A stretch of DNA of 59,281 nucleotides, counting the filler, from Sphacelaria rigidula (Eukaryota): the NCBI GenBank assembly GCA_964200075.2. It is 6 parts of 6 records of this genome, joined end to end, with 100 filler letters (N's around TTAATTAATTAA, not from the genome) between each part and the next. Parts side by side here need not be neighbours in the genome. Positions count along the whole stretch, not along the records: positions 29,693 to 39,489 come from CAXNAA020007742.1; positions 39,590 to 49,385 come from CAXNAA020007743.1; positions 49,486 to 59,281 come from CAXNAA020007744.1; 3 more parts are not named here. One strand, 5' to 3'. Made by a program: the position numbers and the translations under genes. The number at the start of each line of letters is the position of its first letter. Position 1 is the first letter of the stretch. Shown here piece by piece: positions 36,711-49,552 of the stretch. The notes under the pieces were generated by a model, which saw only the letters and a list, made by a program, of their open reading frames with translations, was not told where the DNA came from and made no database searches.

Positions 36711-39489
36711 TTGAGCGTATAACTTCACCATTGGTGGTTTATAACGAAGAGTAATGCTACGGTAGAGGTGCAGTTTTTGCACGAAATCTTGTCTGGTCCA
36801 GGGGCTCCTGACGATTCTAGATGCACAAGAATATGGAGCAGGGCATCCCCGTTTGTAGATTCACTCGGTACATCCCTAGCACATTGGAATGGTAACCCTC
36901 GTGTACTTTCACATATTTCATGGCTCGCGTTTTGGATGAGATAAAGGTCTCCCAACAATTCTAACCTCGGAAAATATGTGTGTACCCCTACCGTAGCTTT
37001 ACTCCGGATGACTCCTTGGTACATGATTCGCATTCAACATTCATGGGGAGTCGACCCGTATGAGGTCTGATTCGTCCAAACCGGGTGTACCTGAATATGA
37101 TCATCGGGAAACAAGTCTATGGTGCTTCTGTCCCCGTGCCCAGCGTGGACTTTTGACTGTAGTGGGCGACAGCGACAGCCGTGTCCAGGTTCACACACGT
37201 CCCGTGGGGAGTTTTCTATCACTTGAGCTGCTAGATGTCGCGGTGTTGATCAAAGAGATAGCACGTATATCGCGATGGAGCAGTTTTCTGTTACTATGGA
37301 GCAGCTCTAATATGCGTCCGTTTTGTAAAAACTAGAGCTCGGAAATGGTTTGTCTAGCCATTAACCAGTTGAATGGTACATGATGGTTTGGTCATCGAAC
37401 GGCGCAGCCGCGAGCCAAAAAGCCCACCCTCGGCAGAGGTGGCCCCGCCGGAGGCGCCCCCGAAGGGCCCCGCTGGAGGCGCCATGCGGGAGGCACGTTT
37501 TTACGTGATTTGGCTTCACTAAAGCTCAAACAAACGTTAAATTTGGGCCAATGTTCAAGGACTGCATGTAGCATACGTAGCCGGTACCGGTAAACGATGG
37601 TTTGAAACCATTATCCACAATTTTAATATAACCATTACCATTGTTACCATAATGATGGCTAGTTATAACTGATACCATGTCCGAGCTCTAGTAGAAACCC
37701 TTTAATCCATCGCCTGTGCATCAAACCTACAGCTTCGAAACCCAATACCTCGAGATGTACGACACCATAGCCCGTGGTGCCATGCGAGACCGACATCCAA
37801 TCTCGTCGGACCACGTAGCCCGCGACACGGTCACTTGCGAGGAATGCTCGAGGCCATGTACAAAGTAGTCTGCGCATAGTTCGAGCTGGGTGGTGGTGTT
37901 CAGGTCCACCACGGAAAGGTGGGCCAGCTCACACCCCTCGACTTTAACTGTCGATATCTCTACCATTTGCCCGGCACGGCACGCTGCCTTTGGGAGCGAT
38001 CGAGCGCTTGCTCCGACCGCGTGACTTTCTCTCGGCAGTTTGTGGCGAGATATATAGTCTAGTAGTCGAGTACTACTGCGTTATACCTGCGCTGAAGGAC
38101 CACCGTGTGGCGTATATTCGGGTATGTTTGGGATTCTGACCGCAGGGTCTAGTCGGATCGTGTGTACGTGATGGGTTCCAGCGCAACGGGGTTTCGAAGC
38201 ACGACCTTCGCTGAAGTGTGCATATCGTCTGCGGACGACCTGTCGCTCGTCCGATAGTATCAGGATCTCTTACGACGCAGTGGTATCGCTGCGGGCTTGC
38301 GATGCTCTGTACGTGGTAGTGCGCGTATCTTGGTACATCGCCTGTCTCGAGTAGGCCTCGTGCTTTCACCTTTTCATTCATGGCGCATTTTTCGCATGTT
38401 TTCCAGACTTCGGCGCATCGGGTGTGTGTTTGCAGTATTTGTGCGCGGTTTCTTTCTTGCATGTAAGTACGTCTTGTGCATGTACATTGCATGATGATAC
38501 ATGCATAAATTGGGCATGAGTTCGTCGCAGAGTTCATACACAAAAAGGGATAACGGAAAACGACGTTTCGGGTTAATCAGTCTTGGTTGATCATGGCCCG
38601 AGTTGCCAAAAGGCGTACCCAAATAAATGCAACGGAACATTGCATACCCTCGACAACACGTGGTCAATATACGCAATGGAAAAGTGTACTGGGTAAAGTA
38701 TAGGCCTATTGCAACACAGTATTGTAATATGCCCATACTTTACCCAGTATATTTTTTTGTCTATTGCATCTTTTGACCATATTTTGTCTAGTGCGTGGAA
38801 GCTGTTCACATGAGTCTATTCGCATGCACGACGCACCCCTCCCCATCATCGTCGTGCGTACAGTCATGATCGGGGGGGAAGACGACGGTAGGCTGAGTAG
38901 CGCGACTCCTACGACGCAGTGTCACGGGAGTACTGCTCCGGCTTCGGGATAAAAGTGACATCGTAGACGCAGGCTGCCCAACATGTTTCCGGATGGTACC
39001 CGATCGTGGAGGAAGGGGCCAAGATGTACTTGGCTGGACCAAGGCGCGCCACCGTCAGGAACTGTTTGCTGTGTTACCGCTAGAGTTCCTTCTGTGTCTA
39101 CCGAGGACCACCGAAACGCAACCCGTAGATCGTCGCTTAGTATACTCGCTAGTACGTCTGATGTCGTCCTGAGAACTTTTACGTCGTATGTTTTTACATG
39201 GGGGTACCTGGGGTTGTTGCTTGTCCTTCGCTTGGTATCGATTTCCGTTGGTATGGTTGTTCCGTTCCGCCTCTTCTGTTTTCTACATGTTTGTTCAGCG
39301 AGTCTTTCAGTTTTGATTTGTCTCGAGTACGTCCATCATGTGATCGCGGCTGGATCCCCGGCGGTGAGATGAAGTGCGACAATCGATCAATCAAATCGGA
39401 AAGTTTTTTTTTTTTCCTTTGAATCATCCTACGATAGGGGGGGGGGGGGATTTTGGCCCAGTTGGTGCTTGAAATTTCCAGTCAGAGCG

Positions 39490-39589
39490 NNNNNNNNNNN
39501 NNNNNNNNNNNNNNNNNNNNNNNNNNNNNNNNNTTAATTAATTAANNNNNNNNNNNNNNNNNNNNNNNNNNNNNNNNNNNNNNNNNNNN
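39490..39589. other. Artificial contig spacer
   Basis: N44-TTAATTAATTAA-N44. Confidence 0.98.
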
Positions 39590-39964
39590 GGGGGGGGGGG
39601 GGCGATCGGTCAGCTTCTCGCGTTTTGAACAATCGGGAAAGAACCTCAACCCGGCCGCTCAACCATGATGAAGCTAAGATGCTGCGATAATTCGACAAAC
39701 TCGAGTAAGCCCCCACCCGAGCCACCAGGGGGTCATCTACGCATCCACTGTCATCCTCCAAAATCTGTCCGGACGGTCAAAGGGCGGATCGGAACAAATA
39801 CCCTCCGGCTTTCGAAATATTAAATAATCCTGCTGTGACGATCATTTTCGGCAAGTTCTCTGTCACATAGTCATTTCATGTCGCTCGGACCTACGGCCAA
39901 AATCATGGAAAAAAAACTCAAGATTTTCGACATATTTTTACAGTTATTCGTGTAGACCATGGTA

Positions 39965-40176
39965 GAGGTATCTCAAACTCGGCTCCCGGCATCCTGGTTT
40001 GTTTTATTCTACTTTTTCACGTGAAAGTGATGGCGATTCATCAGATGATGAGACCCTTTGACCGCCAGGTCAGGTCCTCCTATGAATCGCCATCACTTGT
40101 CACTTGAAAAAATAGTACACAAAACCCAGAGCCAGCGAATAAACCAGGATACCGGGAGCCAAGTTTGAGATACCTT
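39965..40176. mobile_element. Hairpin MITE with TA flanks (Tc1/mariner-like)
   Basis: AGGTATCTCAAACTCGGCTCCCGGCATCCTGGTTT pairs with AAACCAGGATACCGGGAGCCAAGTTTGAGATACCT. Inner stem AAGTGATGGCGATTCAT. TA on each side. Confidence 0.7.
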
Positions 40177-41770
40177 TAGTGTGCGACTGACCGCTTTCAA
40201 AGATTACGAAACACAACATGTATACGTTACGAAGAGATGGACCACCAGTTTTGTAAATGTTCTCCAGCATTTTCTGCACAGACCGTGCAACACAGGTCTG
40301 ATAATATCACAACACGGATGTGGTGAGTTAAAAAACGGTCAAGGAGCAGCTTTGCACCAGCCAACTGATGTTCTTCGTGCTCTCTAGAACGCCCCCATTT
40401 AGACGAGAACCCCATCGTAGATCTCTCACTGGCCGCAAAAAACAAATGTATCGTCTTTCGGGTGAGCATTAACAAACAACCAATGACACTAGCACGGTGC
40501 TCTGGACACCAAAATAAGGGTCATCGCCAGGCGGCTCTCTGTTGCTGTCTCTGTCTATTTACGCCGCGCGACTTGTGTCTTGAGCGGCATATATCGCTTT
40601 GCTATTGCACTTGGTCATCGGAAAATGGCTGGCATGACCGGCACATTACACTACACAATTTCCGCACAGCGGTACCCTAACAGTACCGACAATAGGGTAC
40701 ACAAAACAGTAGAGCAACGAGTTGTTCGAGTATAGCAGCAGATTATAGGACGTGCATATATACTCAACAGACGTATGAATGTATGTGGTGGTCGACGAAA
40801 TCTCCAGAGATACCGGGACAGCACAGTGCGGGGTTGTCCAGGTACTTCCATACTAGGTGTGTACCTGCGTGTGTATCTTCTTCATGGCGTTGGTTGTGCG
40901 CCGGGACGTCGGGTGATCGGTAATGCGCGTGCGTGTGCTGTAGCAGCTTTGCTGTAGACAGGATCGTGGGCGCGTTTGAGCAAACCTGTTCATGTCCTCG
41001 CTGATGCGAACAATTTACTCGTACTCGTCGTTCCTGCGTAGCGACTCGATGTGAAACATCGACACTTGGGAGATCTGCCGGACAAACCTACGGGTTCTGA
41101 TTGGCTGAAAATATGCAGCCCGCAATCCAACAGTTGGCATCGGTCCTGCGACTTACTCGACCTCCTAAAACCAGTCCCAGCGATCAAAATCAATGCGGCC
41201 CGTGATTGTTTGTTCAAATGGATGCCGTGAAGGAGTTTTTCACATGATTACTATACTACGGAAAGCCGGGAAATCGCAGATCGAGCAGTTGTACACTCTG
41301 GCGATGATTCGGATAATGATCTTTGGTATGTGAGGTAACCATTTTCCCTTGATCACTCCACGGTAGCGTACCTGTCAAAAACATACTGGAGACTTTTCAT
41401 CGATATCGAGAATGCGAATTTCGAATATCAAAGATCAGCCCACAGGGAGCAGCACCAAGCAACAAACCATGCGAGATTACTTGTCGAGGTCATCAGGATC
41501 TTCTTCGTCAGGAATAGGGTGCCCGTGACCTGGGGGCAAACGTAAGGCCACTACTGTCAAGTGAAAAAAACACTTCGGCAGTCCGTCGTTGGGTCTGTTG
41601 ATGCTTCCCCTCCGCTCTCGTTCGATCACTCGCGTTATCTTATACTTCGTCTGTGCCATAAGTAAAGGTCCTTATGATTGCACGGACCCTCAACGGTGTG
41701 ATATTTGATTTTCGGTATTTTTATTGCATTCGTTGGCGTTTTCTTAGCTACAGTAAAACCAACATTCTTT

Positions 41771-41975
41771 CAAGGGCAGGTCGAGTAGAGTACACTAAAT
41801 TGCAGGGGATTTTGGAAGACGTACTCGGGGTACTCAAATTAGGGTAGAGTGTTGGGAATCGTACCAAAACAATTGCTGGGAATCGATTCCTGAAACCCTA
41901 CCCCCAATTTGGGTACTTCAAGTACGACTTTCAAAATACCCCGCAATTGCGTATACTCTACTCGACCTACCTTTG
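41771..41975. repeat. Imperfect palindrome of about 205 bp
   Basis: AGGTCGAGTAGAGTACAC... pairs with ...GTATACTCTACTCGACCT. Confidence 0.75.
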
Positions 41976-44199
41976 CATTATTTCTAGAACGTGGGTGCTT
42001 GACCCATGCAGCCGCGCGGCCGAGAAAAAGTAGGTCGGTCCAAAAACGGCCATTTTTTCCCTCATTTTCCCAGGAAAGCATGAGAGACCCGCGAACACGA
42101 AAAATCGTGAAAAATGGGCCAAAAAATGTGAAAATCGCGAAACCACCAATGACTTTGGACATGTCCATGATGTTAACCTACGCACGCCCCATCCAACATT
42201 TTGTTAGCATGTAATTGCTAGTACTCGACGTGAAAACGTCCAAAATCGGTCAATGATGGGGTATAGACGGATGAAAGAGGGTCAAAATGGGTTATATTTC
42301 GACACAGGTTTATGGATAAAGACTTTTTTTCTTCGTTTTTTTCTCCATCAGCTTCGTCTGCGCTTTACCTCTCTAACGAACCCCACCATAGGATGATTGT
42401 CAACGTTGAAATGACCAAACGATTAAACAAACGCCCATAAGAACATTTACTCATGGCACAGAGAGACTATATTGTTATGACTCTCACGACAGACAGTATG
42501 CGAAACGCCTCAAAGTTCGAGGGCTTGTATGTGCGAGAGGATCTGGAAATAAATAATCAGTTGATCTCATTCTTTGTTTGCGAAGCCAAGACATCTTACG
42601 CTGCTTTGGTAATTGTTCCGAAATAGATTTCCAGTTTTACGCCACGGTAGGCCACCCCACCGACCTCACGCCGCGCTGTGTACCATGGATGATGCTGGTG
42701 TGCCTGCGGCACATATCTTCCGGAAGTTTTGAAGCCCCAAGAAGCGTAAAGTACACGGAAGCATGCGTGTGACATTTGTTTGCCATCTGAAGCGCTCATG
42801 GGCTGTAGGGTCATTCCACTATATGATAGACTACTCTACATTTTTTGTTGTCATTAGTGGATTTTCGCCGAGGTCTAACCTTGTGTTGTCACAATGCCTG
42901 TACTGTTATATCATCGCAGTGTATCTCCGACTATACAACAGCATAGGCCACCCCACCAAAGCCACGCCGTGTTCTGTGGCATGATTGACGCTATCATATC
43001 AACGGTCGAGGTCTGACAGAGATTTGTAACCTCGCACGGCGGCGCGCAAAAACACCGCCCCCCTGTGAAATCTCCCACAAGACGTGCGTGGACGTTCATG
43101 ATGTACGTATGCGTGACGACTTGAACCGGTCCAATTTTTCATCAACTATATTCAAGTTGTACGGTGCGACCGCAAATAAACAAATAACTTCGGGACAAGG
43201 ATTTCACCCATGAACTCGCATCATAACTGCAGCCCACAGTACTGTGCCGAAGTTCACACACGAGTAGAAGCGTGATATACAAAATATCAACGCTAAGACA
43301 ACAACACATGCAACGTTATACCGGTCTTGCGGGCAAGCGACACCTGAAACATGCAACACAAGTTTAGCATGAGGTGTAGAGACCAGGGAGGTTGGATTAT
43401 TGAGCAAAAGCCACGTACGGGGCGGAACTATTGTGGTAATTATCTTGCCTTGCCCCAACATGTCGAACGCCTCTTCTATACCCGAACGTCCACCAAAGAG
43501 TTCACGGTATCTCTACTCACTCGGCACCTGACTGGCACAATTGTACTTGCCCTTCACAGCTCAGACGCATAGCTGCCAGTTTCCCAAGTCCTCACGTGAT
43601 AACCCTCTGTCGTGAACGAGAATCTGAGGTGAAGACGAAATCGCGACCAGTAGATATCGTACTTCATGTGTGACTATGAATGTTGAGCCTGAGCGATGGC
43701 CGCTACAAGGTCCTCCTTGCGTATGCAGTGACAGTACACGCTAGGCAGTATAAAAAGCACAGCGTGGGGTTCCATGCGATCGTGTATCGGGTGCCAGAAC
43801 GTAACTTTACTTTCCGTTTTGCGTGACACGTGTATCTACTGTGCCAGCTTGGTCAAAACACTACCGCCAGCTTGTGTGCGCGCTGTGGTAGGTGAGTCGG
43901 CCGGAGTTCCTGGAGAAGTTACCTATACTGTAAATGTGGTCTGCAACTTGACGATTTTCGTGTTAATCGAGCTCGTTGACTCCACCGCGTCTTGCTTTCA
44001 TGGGGTTGCGGTACAAAACGACCAAACAAAACACTGGGTCAGTCGTGAGTCCATCGTCGATTGTCTGTGGTGCGCCCGAAAGAATGTCATGTTTCTCAAC
44101 ACCCTCTGAAAAATGAGACGCGCTTGCAGTCGTTGTACCTATCGGGTGCGGTAATTTACCCTGATATAACACAGGCTGGGCCGCCCAAGAAGCGGACAG

Positions 44200-44510
44200 G
44201 GATGTGAACACGCGATTGTGCAGCTCAATTTTGAGTCGTTCTCTATGAAATTTTGACACGATGTAAAGGACGTATGTGCGAAGACTCCATCACCTGCCCC
44301 CTAAATTTTTTCTTGGTTTTTTCGTGAGTTATTCACCATTTTGTTTCGAAAAAACTGTCCTGGTATGTTTGGTCGCCGATAACTCACGAAGAAAAACATA
44401 AAAATGTAGGGGGCAGGAGATGGAGTCTTTGCACGTACGTCCTGTACGTCGTATCAAAATTACATAGAAATCGACCCAAAAATGAGCTGCATAATCGCGT
44501 GTTCGTGTCG
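44200..44510. mobile_element. Foldback MITE-like palindrome of about 310 bp
   Basis: GAACACGCGATTGTGCAGCTCA / TGAGCTGCATAATCGCGTGTTC and AGACTCCATCACCTGCCCCTA / TAGGGGCAGGAGATGGAGTCT. Confidence 0.75.
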
Positions 44511-46278
44511 AAGACCGGGTTCTTATGTAGAGAATGACCAGCCACGAAAAATGAAACGCCGTTATGCTGTTCAATTTGAAGTATTTTTCCACGAAATTTT
44601 GGCACGATGTGCATAAGGTATATTGTAAAGTATTCAGTCCACGTGAGGAAGAACTAGGTCATTTAGTTCAACGAGCAAGTAACACGACACACTTCCGTGC
44701 ATGCATGCCTTGTACGGGCAATGCGCCGCCTTCAAAACTGAAAACTTCACATAAATTACAGTATGAAAGTGTGTGGTGTGTTGCACCCCTTTTTCTCATG
44801 TGTGACTGTACAAAGCTACCGTGCTCTGCAGTGCAATCGTGCACAGTATTCTGTCGCCTGCAGTCCAATACGGCGTACACTGGGAACACAACACTAGATG
44901 CCGTGTTAATGCCGACATGATGGAAGACATATCGTTTGGCGAGGCGATGTGGCGAAGCCTAACTCCCCTTCCCAGTACTGGGAAGTACGGTTGGGCATTT
45001 GTCCCCAATTCTCCTGTGCTGCCGCAGGGGCGCAGTTGTTACGCCAGTATCGTTCGGTACGAGGATTATGCGGCGTAACTGCAGCTGGTATATCTTCCGA
45101 CGCTTGACCGGTGCCATTTTCGACTTTTGCGTTTCATTTTTGATTGTCAAACTCTCGACCGCCGCTGCAGGCACCAATGTGAAACTTGGTGCACTAGTCG
45201 GGCACACCACAGCCAGTGTATGTACCGGAGCATAACCCCTTCCTTCCCCGAGCAAATTAAACAAAGCGAATTCCGATCTTGGGCAATACCGTCTGTGCGC
45301 CCTCAAAATGGCCATCTCGCGGCCCGAGATTTTGTTCACCGTGAGTGAATGCATATGTGGACATGGTAGCACACTCACGTCCGCATCATGACCACCTGGG
45401 AGGCGGCAGTGCTCGCATACAGAGATCAGTTCTGGCGCCGCCTCTGGATGATAACAACCTGTAGAAAAGCCATTCCGGTATCGACTGTAGAGATGCTCAG
45501 AGCAGGAGGCACGGTCGTGCGCGCGCTGTCGTCGCTACTATGCGCTAAAACTTCGATAACATCTCATGTAGACCACAATCAACGAGCCCATGCGTCTAGA
45601 TCTGGGGTTGGGCGTTGCAGCAGTGCGCTAGGGGATGAAAAGAGCTCCAATTATGTTCCGAAATATCCCTCTCTTTTTTCGCGCACGACTTGAGAGTAGA
45701 ACATGACATGCCGGGGATGGCAAATTTCCGGTATACGTTGCAAATACTTTGCAAGGTTCAGTGTTACTACCCTGGCACATACTCTCCGCAAGCTGTTGCA
45801 AAACATAGAGCCGTGCTGGAGTAAATAAAGCACAGTCAGTACAGTGTAGAAGTGGAAGCTGCAACAGCGCCAAGGTCCTCGTCTCCCCTCCGGGGTGATA
45901 ATTCATGTTCGCAATACGGTGCTGCGTTCACTGAGTGAAGCGCTCGCGGTGCATGCCTCACCAACTTAGCCCTGACCATTTCACTGCATCGACTGGCTAC
46001 GAGAGGTATGTCCACAAAATGCAGTACAATACGTCACGACGACCCATAATTTACCTGCTGGGCTAAGTAGCATGGAGCTAGACAGGGGGGCATCAGGGTC
46101 TCGTTCCCAAAGTGGTTCGGCTGCCTGCGCATCTCCGACGGGTGGAGTCGCAACCAGAACATATCAGCTCATCACCCAAACGCCAACAACTGCGTTGCAC
46201 ACGCGAAAAAGTCCATCTCACTCACGTGAAGCGTCAATCCTACATAACAGCAACAGCAAACGCAATGCGTATTCTCAC

Positions 46279-46359
46279 CTCGGCAAGCTTGGTAGCTTCC
46301 GGCAGCTTGACGGCCACATCAGCGCTGAAATCCTTGCGCTCTTCCAAGCGGTCCCCCAT
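46279..46359 (-). CDS. RPN5: 26S proteasome lid subunit RPN5/PSMD12, first coding exon
   Basis: MGDRLEERKDFSADVAVKLPEATKLAE resembles the PSMD12 N-terminus (..DYSATVDQRLPECAKLAK). Donor GAG|GTGAGA. An acceptor ggcAG lies just upstream of the ATG (possible 5'UTR intron). Absent from the ORF track. No further exons found on the contig. Confidence 0.7.
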
Positions 46360-46927
46360 GATGACTGCCTGCCGTAAGTAAACACCTCAGGTAGCCTTTC
46401 AGCTTGCAAAGGTCTATTGGTACTGCAGTATGCGGTTCCTCCCGAGTTTTCGTCTTCTCTTGGTTCCTTTCAAGACTTCTGGGGTAAAATATCCTCTGGC
46501 ACTCGACAATCAGCTCTGTCCTGCCCCCCTCTCTGTGTTCTCCGGTCTCTGTCTCATCGTCTCTCAAGAGATCCGCGGAATTGTAGTATGACCTCATCTT
46601 GTAGACGTGGCAATTTTGTGCGCGTTGCGAATAATCGAAAGTGTTCACAAAAAAGCTCCGTGATATGACATTATTATAAGCGTCAATCTGGAGGAAAATT
46701 GGGGAATTTATTTCCCTCTTCACACTCCGATCATGCTGCGATTGCAGCACCGTAGTCTCTTTTGTTTTGTTGAGTTGGGTTTGAGAAATTTCGAACATGG
46801 ACGTTTGGGTCATTTTCCAATCGAGACCGTTGGATAATGACCAGGACTTTTCACATCTATCCGGTGCCGGCGAGGCAGCACACCGCACACGATGCCGCTC
46901 GCTCGACTGCGAAGACGATGTCCAATC

Positions 46928-47178
46928 ATGCGAGAAACGCTCTTACCCTGGTTTCTGACCCTGGCATTTATTATGGGTAGAATAAGTTGCGTCAGTGGTG
47001 CCAAGGGTTCAGCAGCGCCAGCAGCACCGGTAGGAGGTCGAGGAGGTAAAACAGACCCGATGGATTTTCTCAGCAGCATTTCTGGCTCGTACACCCACTT
47101 GGTTGACGAGGATTTGTCTGTTACGCTCAGCTACGACCTGCGGGACGACTCTTATATGCCCTTGAGCTTCTTGACACG
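46928..47178 (+). CDS. Probable first exon of a secreted or membrane protein, divergent from RPN5
   Basis: atcATGC start, signal-peptide-like MRETLLPWFLTLAFIMGRISCVSG, donor CG|GTGGGT. Confidence 0.55.
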
Positions 47179-47873
47179 GTGGGTTGTGTGCGCAACTGTT
47201 GCTAGGCTCGCTACGCGAAATACTAGTTGGTTGATTGTCAGGTTGCACAGTTATTGGTTGCATGTTTAGCCCAAGGCTCGTCCTTGCCCTTGAGGATTGT
47301 ACTGTTGTAACATATTTCCAAAACTGTCATGAAAGTCTGTAGCGGGGAAAACCACAGATCCAAGTACACGTCAAGTACACCTTGAGGTTTTTGGGCCATA
47401 GACAGACAACGTACAGGCAAGTTGTACCGCAATACAAGCACGTACATTTACGGCCATGCGATTGGCTGAAACCGGCCCATACCTTGATCACCACCCCATA
47501 CCTGATCTTGGCGAGCAAGGCCACAGGTGCACCTGACTCTGTCGTCTTTTCTCCGAAACCTGTACGTGGTGAATCTGGTGGAAATGTACGACGGCCGTGT
47601 TCGCGGCGGATTCCGGGGAGCTGATATGCCATGTCGCCTCTTTCAACAACCGTGGCAAAGCAACCATGCGTTTTTTGTTTATGTTTTACGGAAGGAGGAA
47701 ACCCAACCCAACGCTTACCTCGCAAGCGCGCAAAACGAGTTCGTGTGCCGATTACCCGAAGGCTCAGCCAGACTGCCTCGCAACCATGCTTGGTCGTATA
47801 CTTTTGGGCTCTTCCCACAAGGTACGCTCGTGCAAAATATGTGTTCTAAAGTCCGAGACATGTGCGACTCTTA

Positions 47874-48049
47874 GCCCAACTCTTATGGGAGCGTTTAGAA
47901 TTTTATTTTGCAATAATTTCAAACGAATTTTTTTCTTCTTCTTTTCCGTACTTGTATATTTTGTGCCCGTTCACCATGATGACAGAAAAAAAAAAATCCT
48001 CTGAAATTGTTGCAAAATAAAATTCCAAACGCTCCCGTAAGAGTCGGCC
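47874..48049. mobile_element. PIF/Harbinger (Tourist-like) MITE
   Basis: TIRs of about 60 bp, GCCCAACTCTTATGGGAGCGTTT.. / ..AAACGCTCCCGTAAGAGTCGGCC, with 3-bp TSD TTA. An empty-site paralogue lies at about 48110-48195. Confidence 0.85.
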
Positions 48050-49385
48050 TTACATACGAAGATTCAGATACCGTTTTCTATATGACGATGCATGGTCCTA
48101 CACTTCCGGGCTGTTCCCACACGGTACACTCGTGCAAAATATGTGTTCCGAACTCCGAAATATGTCCGACTCTCACATACGAAGATTCAGATACCGAGTT
48201 TACCCGCGACAGAAAACCCACGCACTGACGAACGGTTGACAAAAACGGGCGCTATTAGCGGCAACAATGAGAAGTTGGAGTCATCAAGCGGGTTTACCGG
48301 AGTTGGGCGTTAATAGATGACTTGACACAAACAGCCTTCATCATTTGTCCTTGTCAAATCATAGCGCTGATGCTAACCGGAACCCGAACCCAAGCCAGAC
48401 CGAGGTGTCTCGGGCCAGGCAGGCGCATAAAGTTGTGCCCTGGGCAAGGTGTGCTTTGTTTCAGCTGAAAAAAAGGAAAAGTCGAATACCTGTCTTCACT
48501 GTCTGTATACAGTGCCCAATTAATTGTGATTCCTCGGCCTCGAGCTGACCTCACGTTCAATACCCCCTCCCTTGGACGGAACGCATTTTTTTACAGCGCT
48601 TGCGCACTACAATATTTGCTGGTGGCATTCGTATTCATCAGTTTTCTTCGCGTATTGTTTCAATATAAGTCCACTACTGCACAGTGTGCTGCTCGAGACA
48701 GGGTGCACGAGAGTCAGGCGGTGTCACATCGTCCCAAATATTCCAAAGTGGAGGTGTGTCGCCTCAGCGACTCAAGAGGACGTTGAAGGCAAAAGCGGCC
48801 GCCTATTGCAACATAGTACAGTTATGCTGGTGAAGGCAAGGAGAGGTGGTGAGTACCAAACCTGGGACAATCTCCACCCTCCACCGCCCCTCCCTCCCCT
48901 CGCCCCATGTCATATCATCTCTGTACTTGAGCTCTCCGTTTCTCTTTTCCGTTCTACATCAACAGGGAAAGCACACGTTCGAAGCAAGACAGCACCTCCG
49001 CGAATCCATGCAAAAAAAAAAATCGACGATGGACGAATAAAAAAGCGACACCACATGATCCCCAGGCACGCCCTCGCTGCCCCCCTCCCGCCCCTCCCCT
49101 CTCTTCTCCCCTTCTACTGCTTATAGCCATGAAGCTTGTCGAGGTTGAGAATGTCCGTTGCCAATGTCCGTTGCCAATGTCCACCTTTTCAAGAATACAT
49201 CCACCGGGTCGTGGCCCAACACCGCGTGCGCCACTATCCAGCCCCCCTGAATCGACCCCTCCAAACCCGCGCCCAGCGTCAAATCTTCCCCGCACAAGAA
49301 CAGGCCCTTGAGATTGGTGGGAGCGCGGAGCCCCTCTGCGCTGTATCGTTCCGGACCATGCGAAAGACCGGTTCGCGGTTCTTCT

Positions 49386-49485
49386 NNNNNNNNNNNNNNN
49401 NNNNNNNNNNNNNNNNNNNNNNNNNNNNNTTAATTAATTAANNNNNNNNNNNNNNNNNNNNNNNNNNNNNNNNNNNNNNNNNNNN
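49386..49485. other. Artificial contig spacer
   Basis: N44-TTAATTAATTAA-N44. Confidence 0.98.
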
Positions 49486-49552
49486 CTTTCATCCTCATCC
49501 CCTCTCTCAACCACCCGTATATCTCCAGGTGTTCTTCCTCGTCTACTTTGCG
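49486..49552 (-). mobile_element. Short LINE ORF2 C-terminal fragment at the contig edge
   Basis: KVDEEEHLEIYGWLREGMRMK resembles the post-RT region of brown-algal LINEs (recalled similarity, not searched). Confidence 0.5.

Noticed and set aside
11702..46359. Ubiquitin-proteasome gene cluster (Ufd1-UBX plus RPN5)
   Set aside because: The two genes are on different, artificially concatenated contigs.
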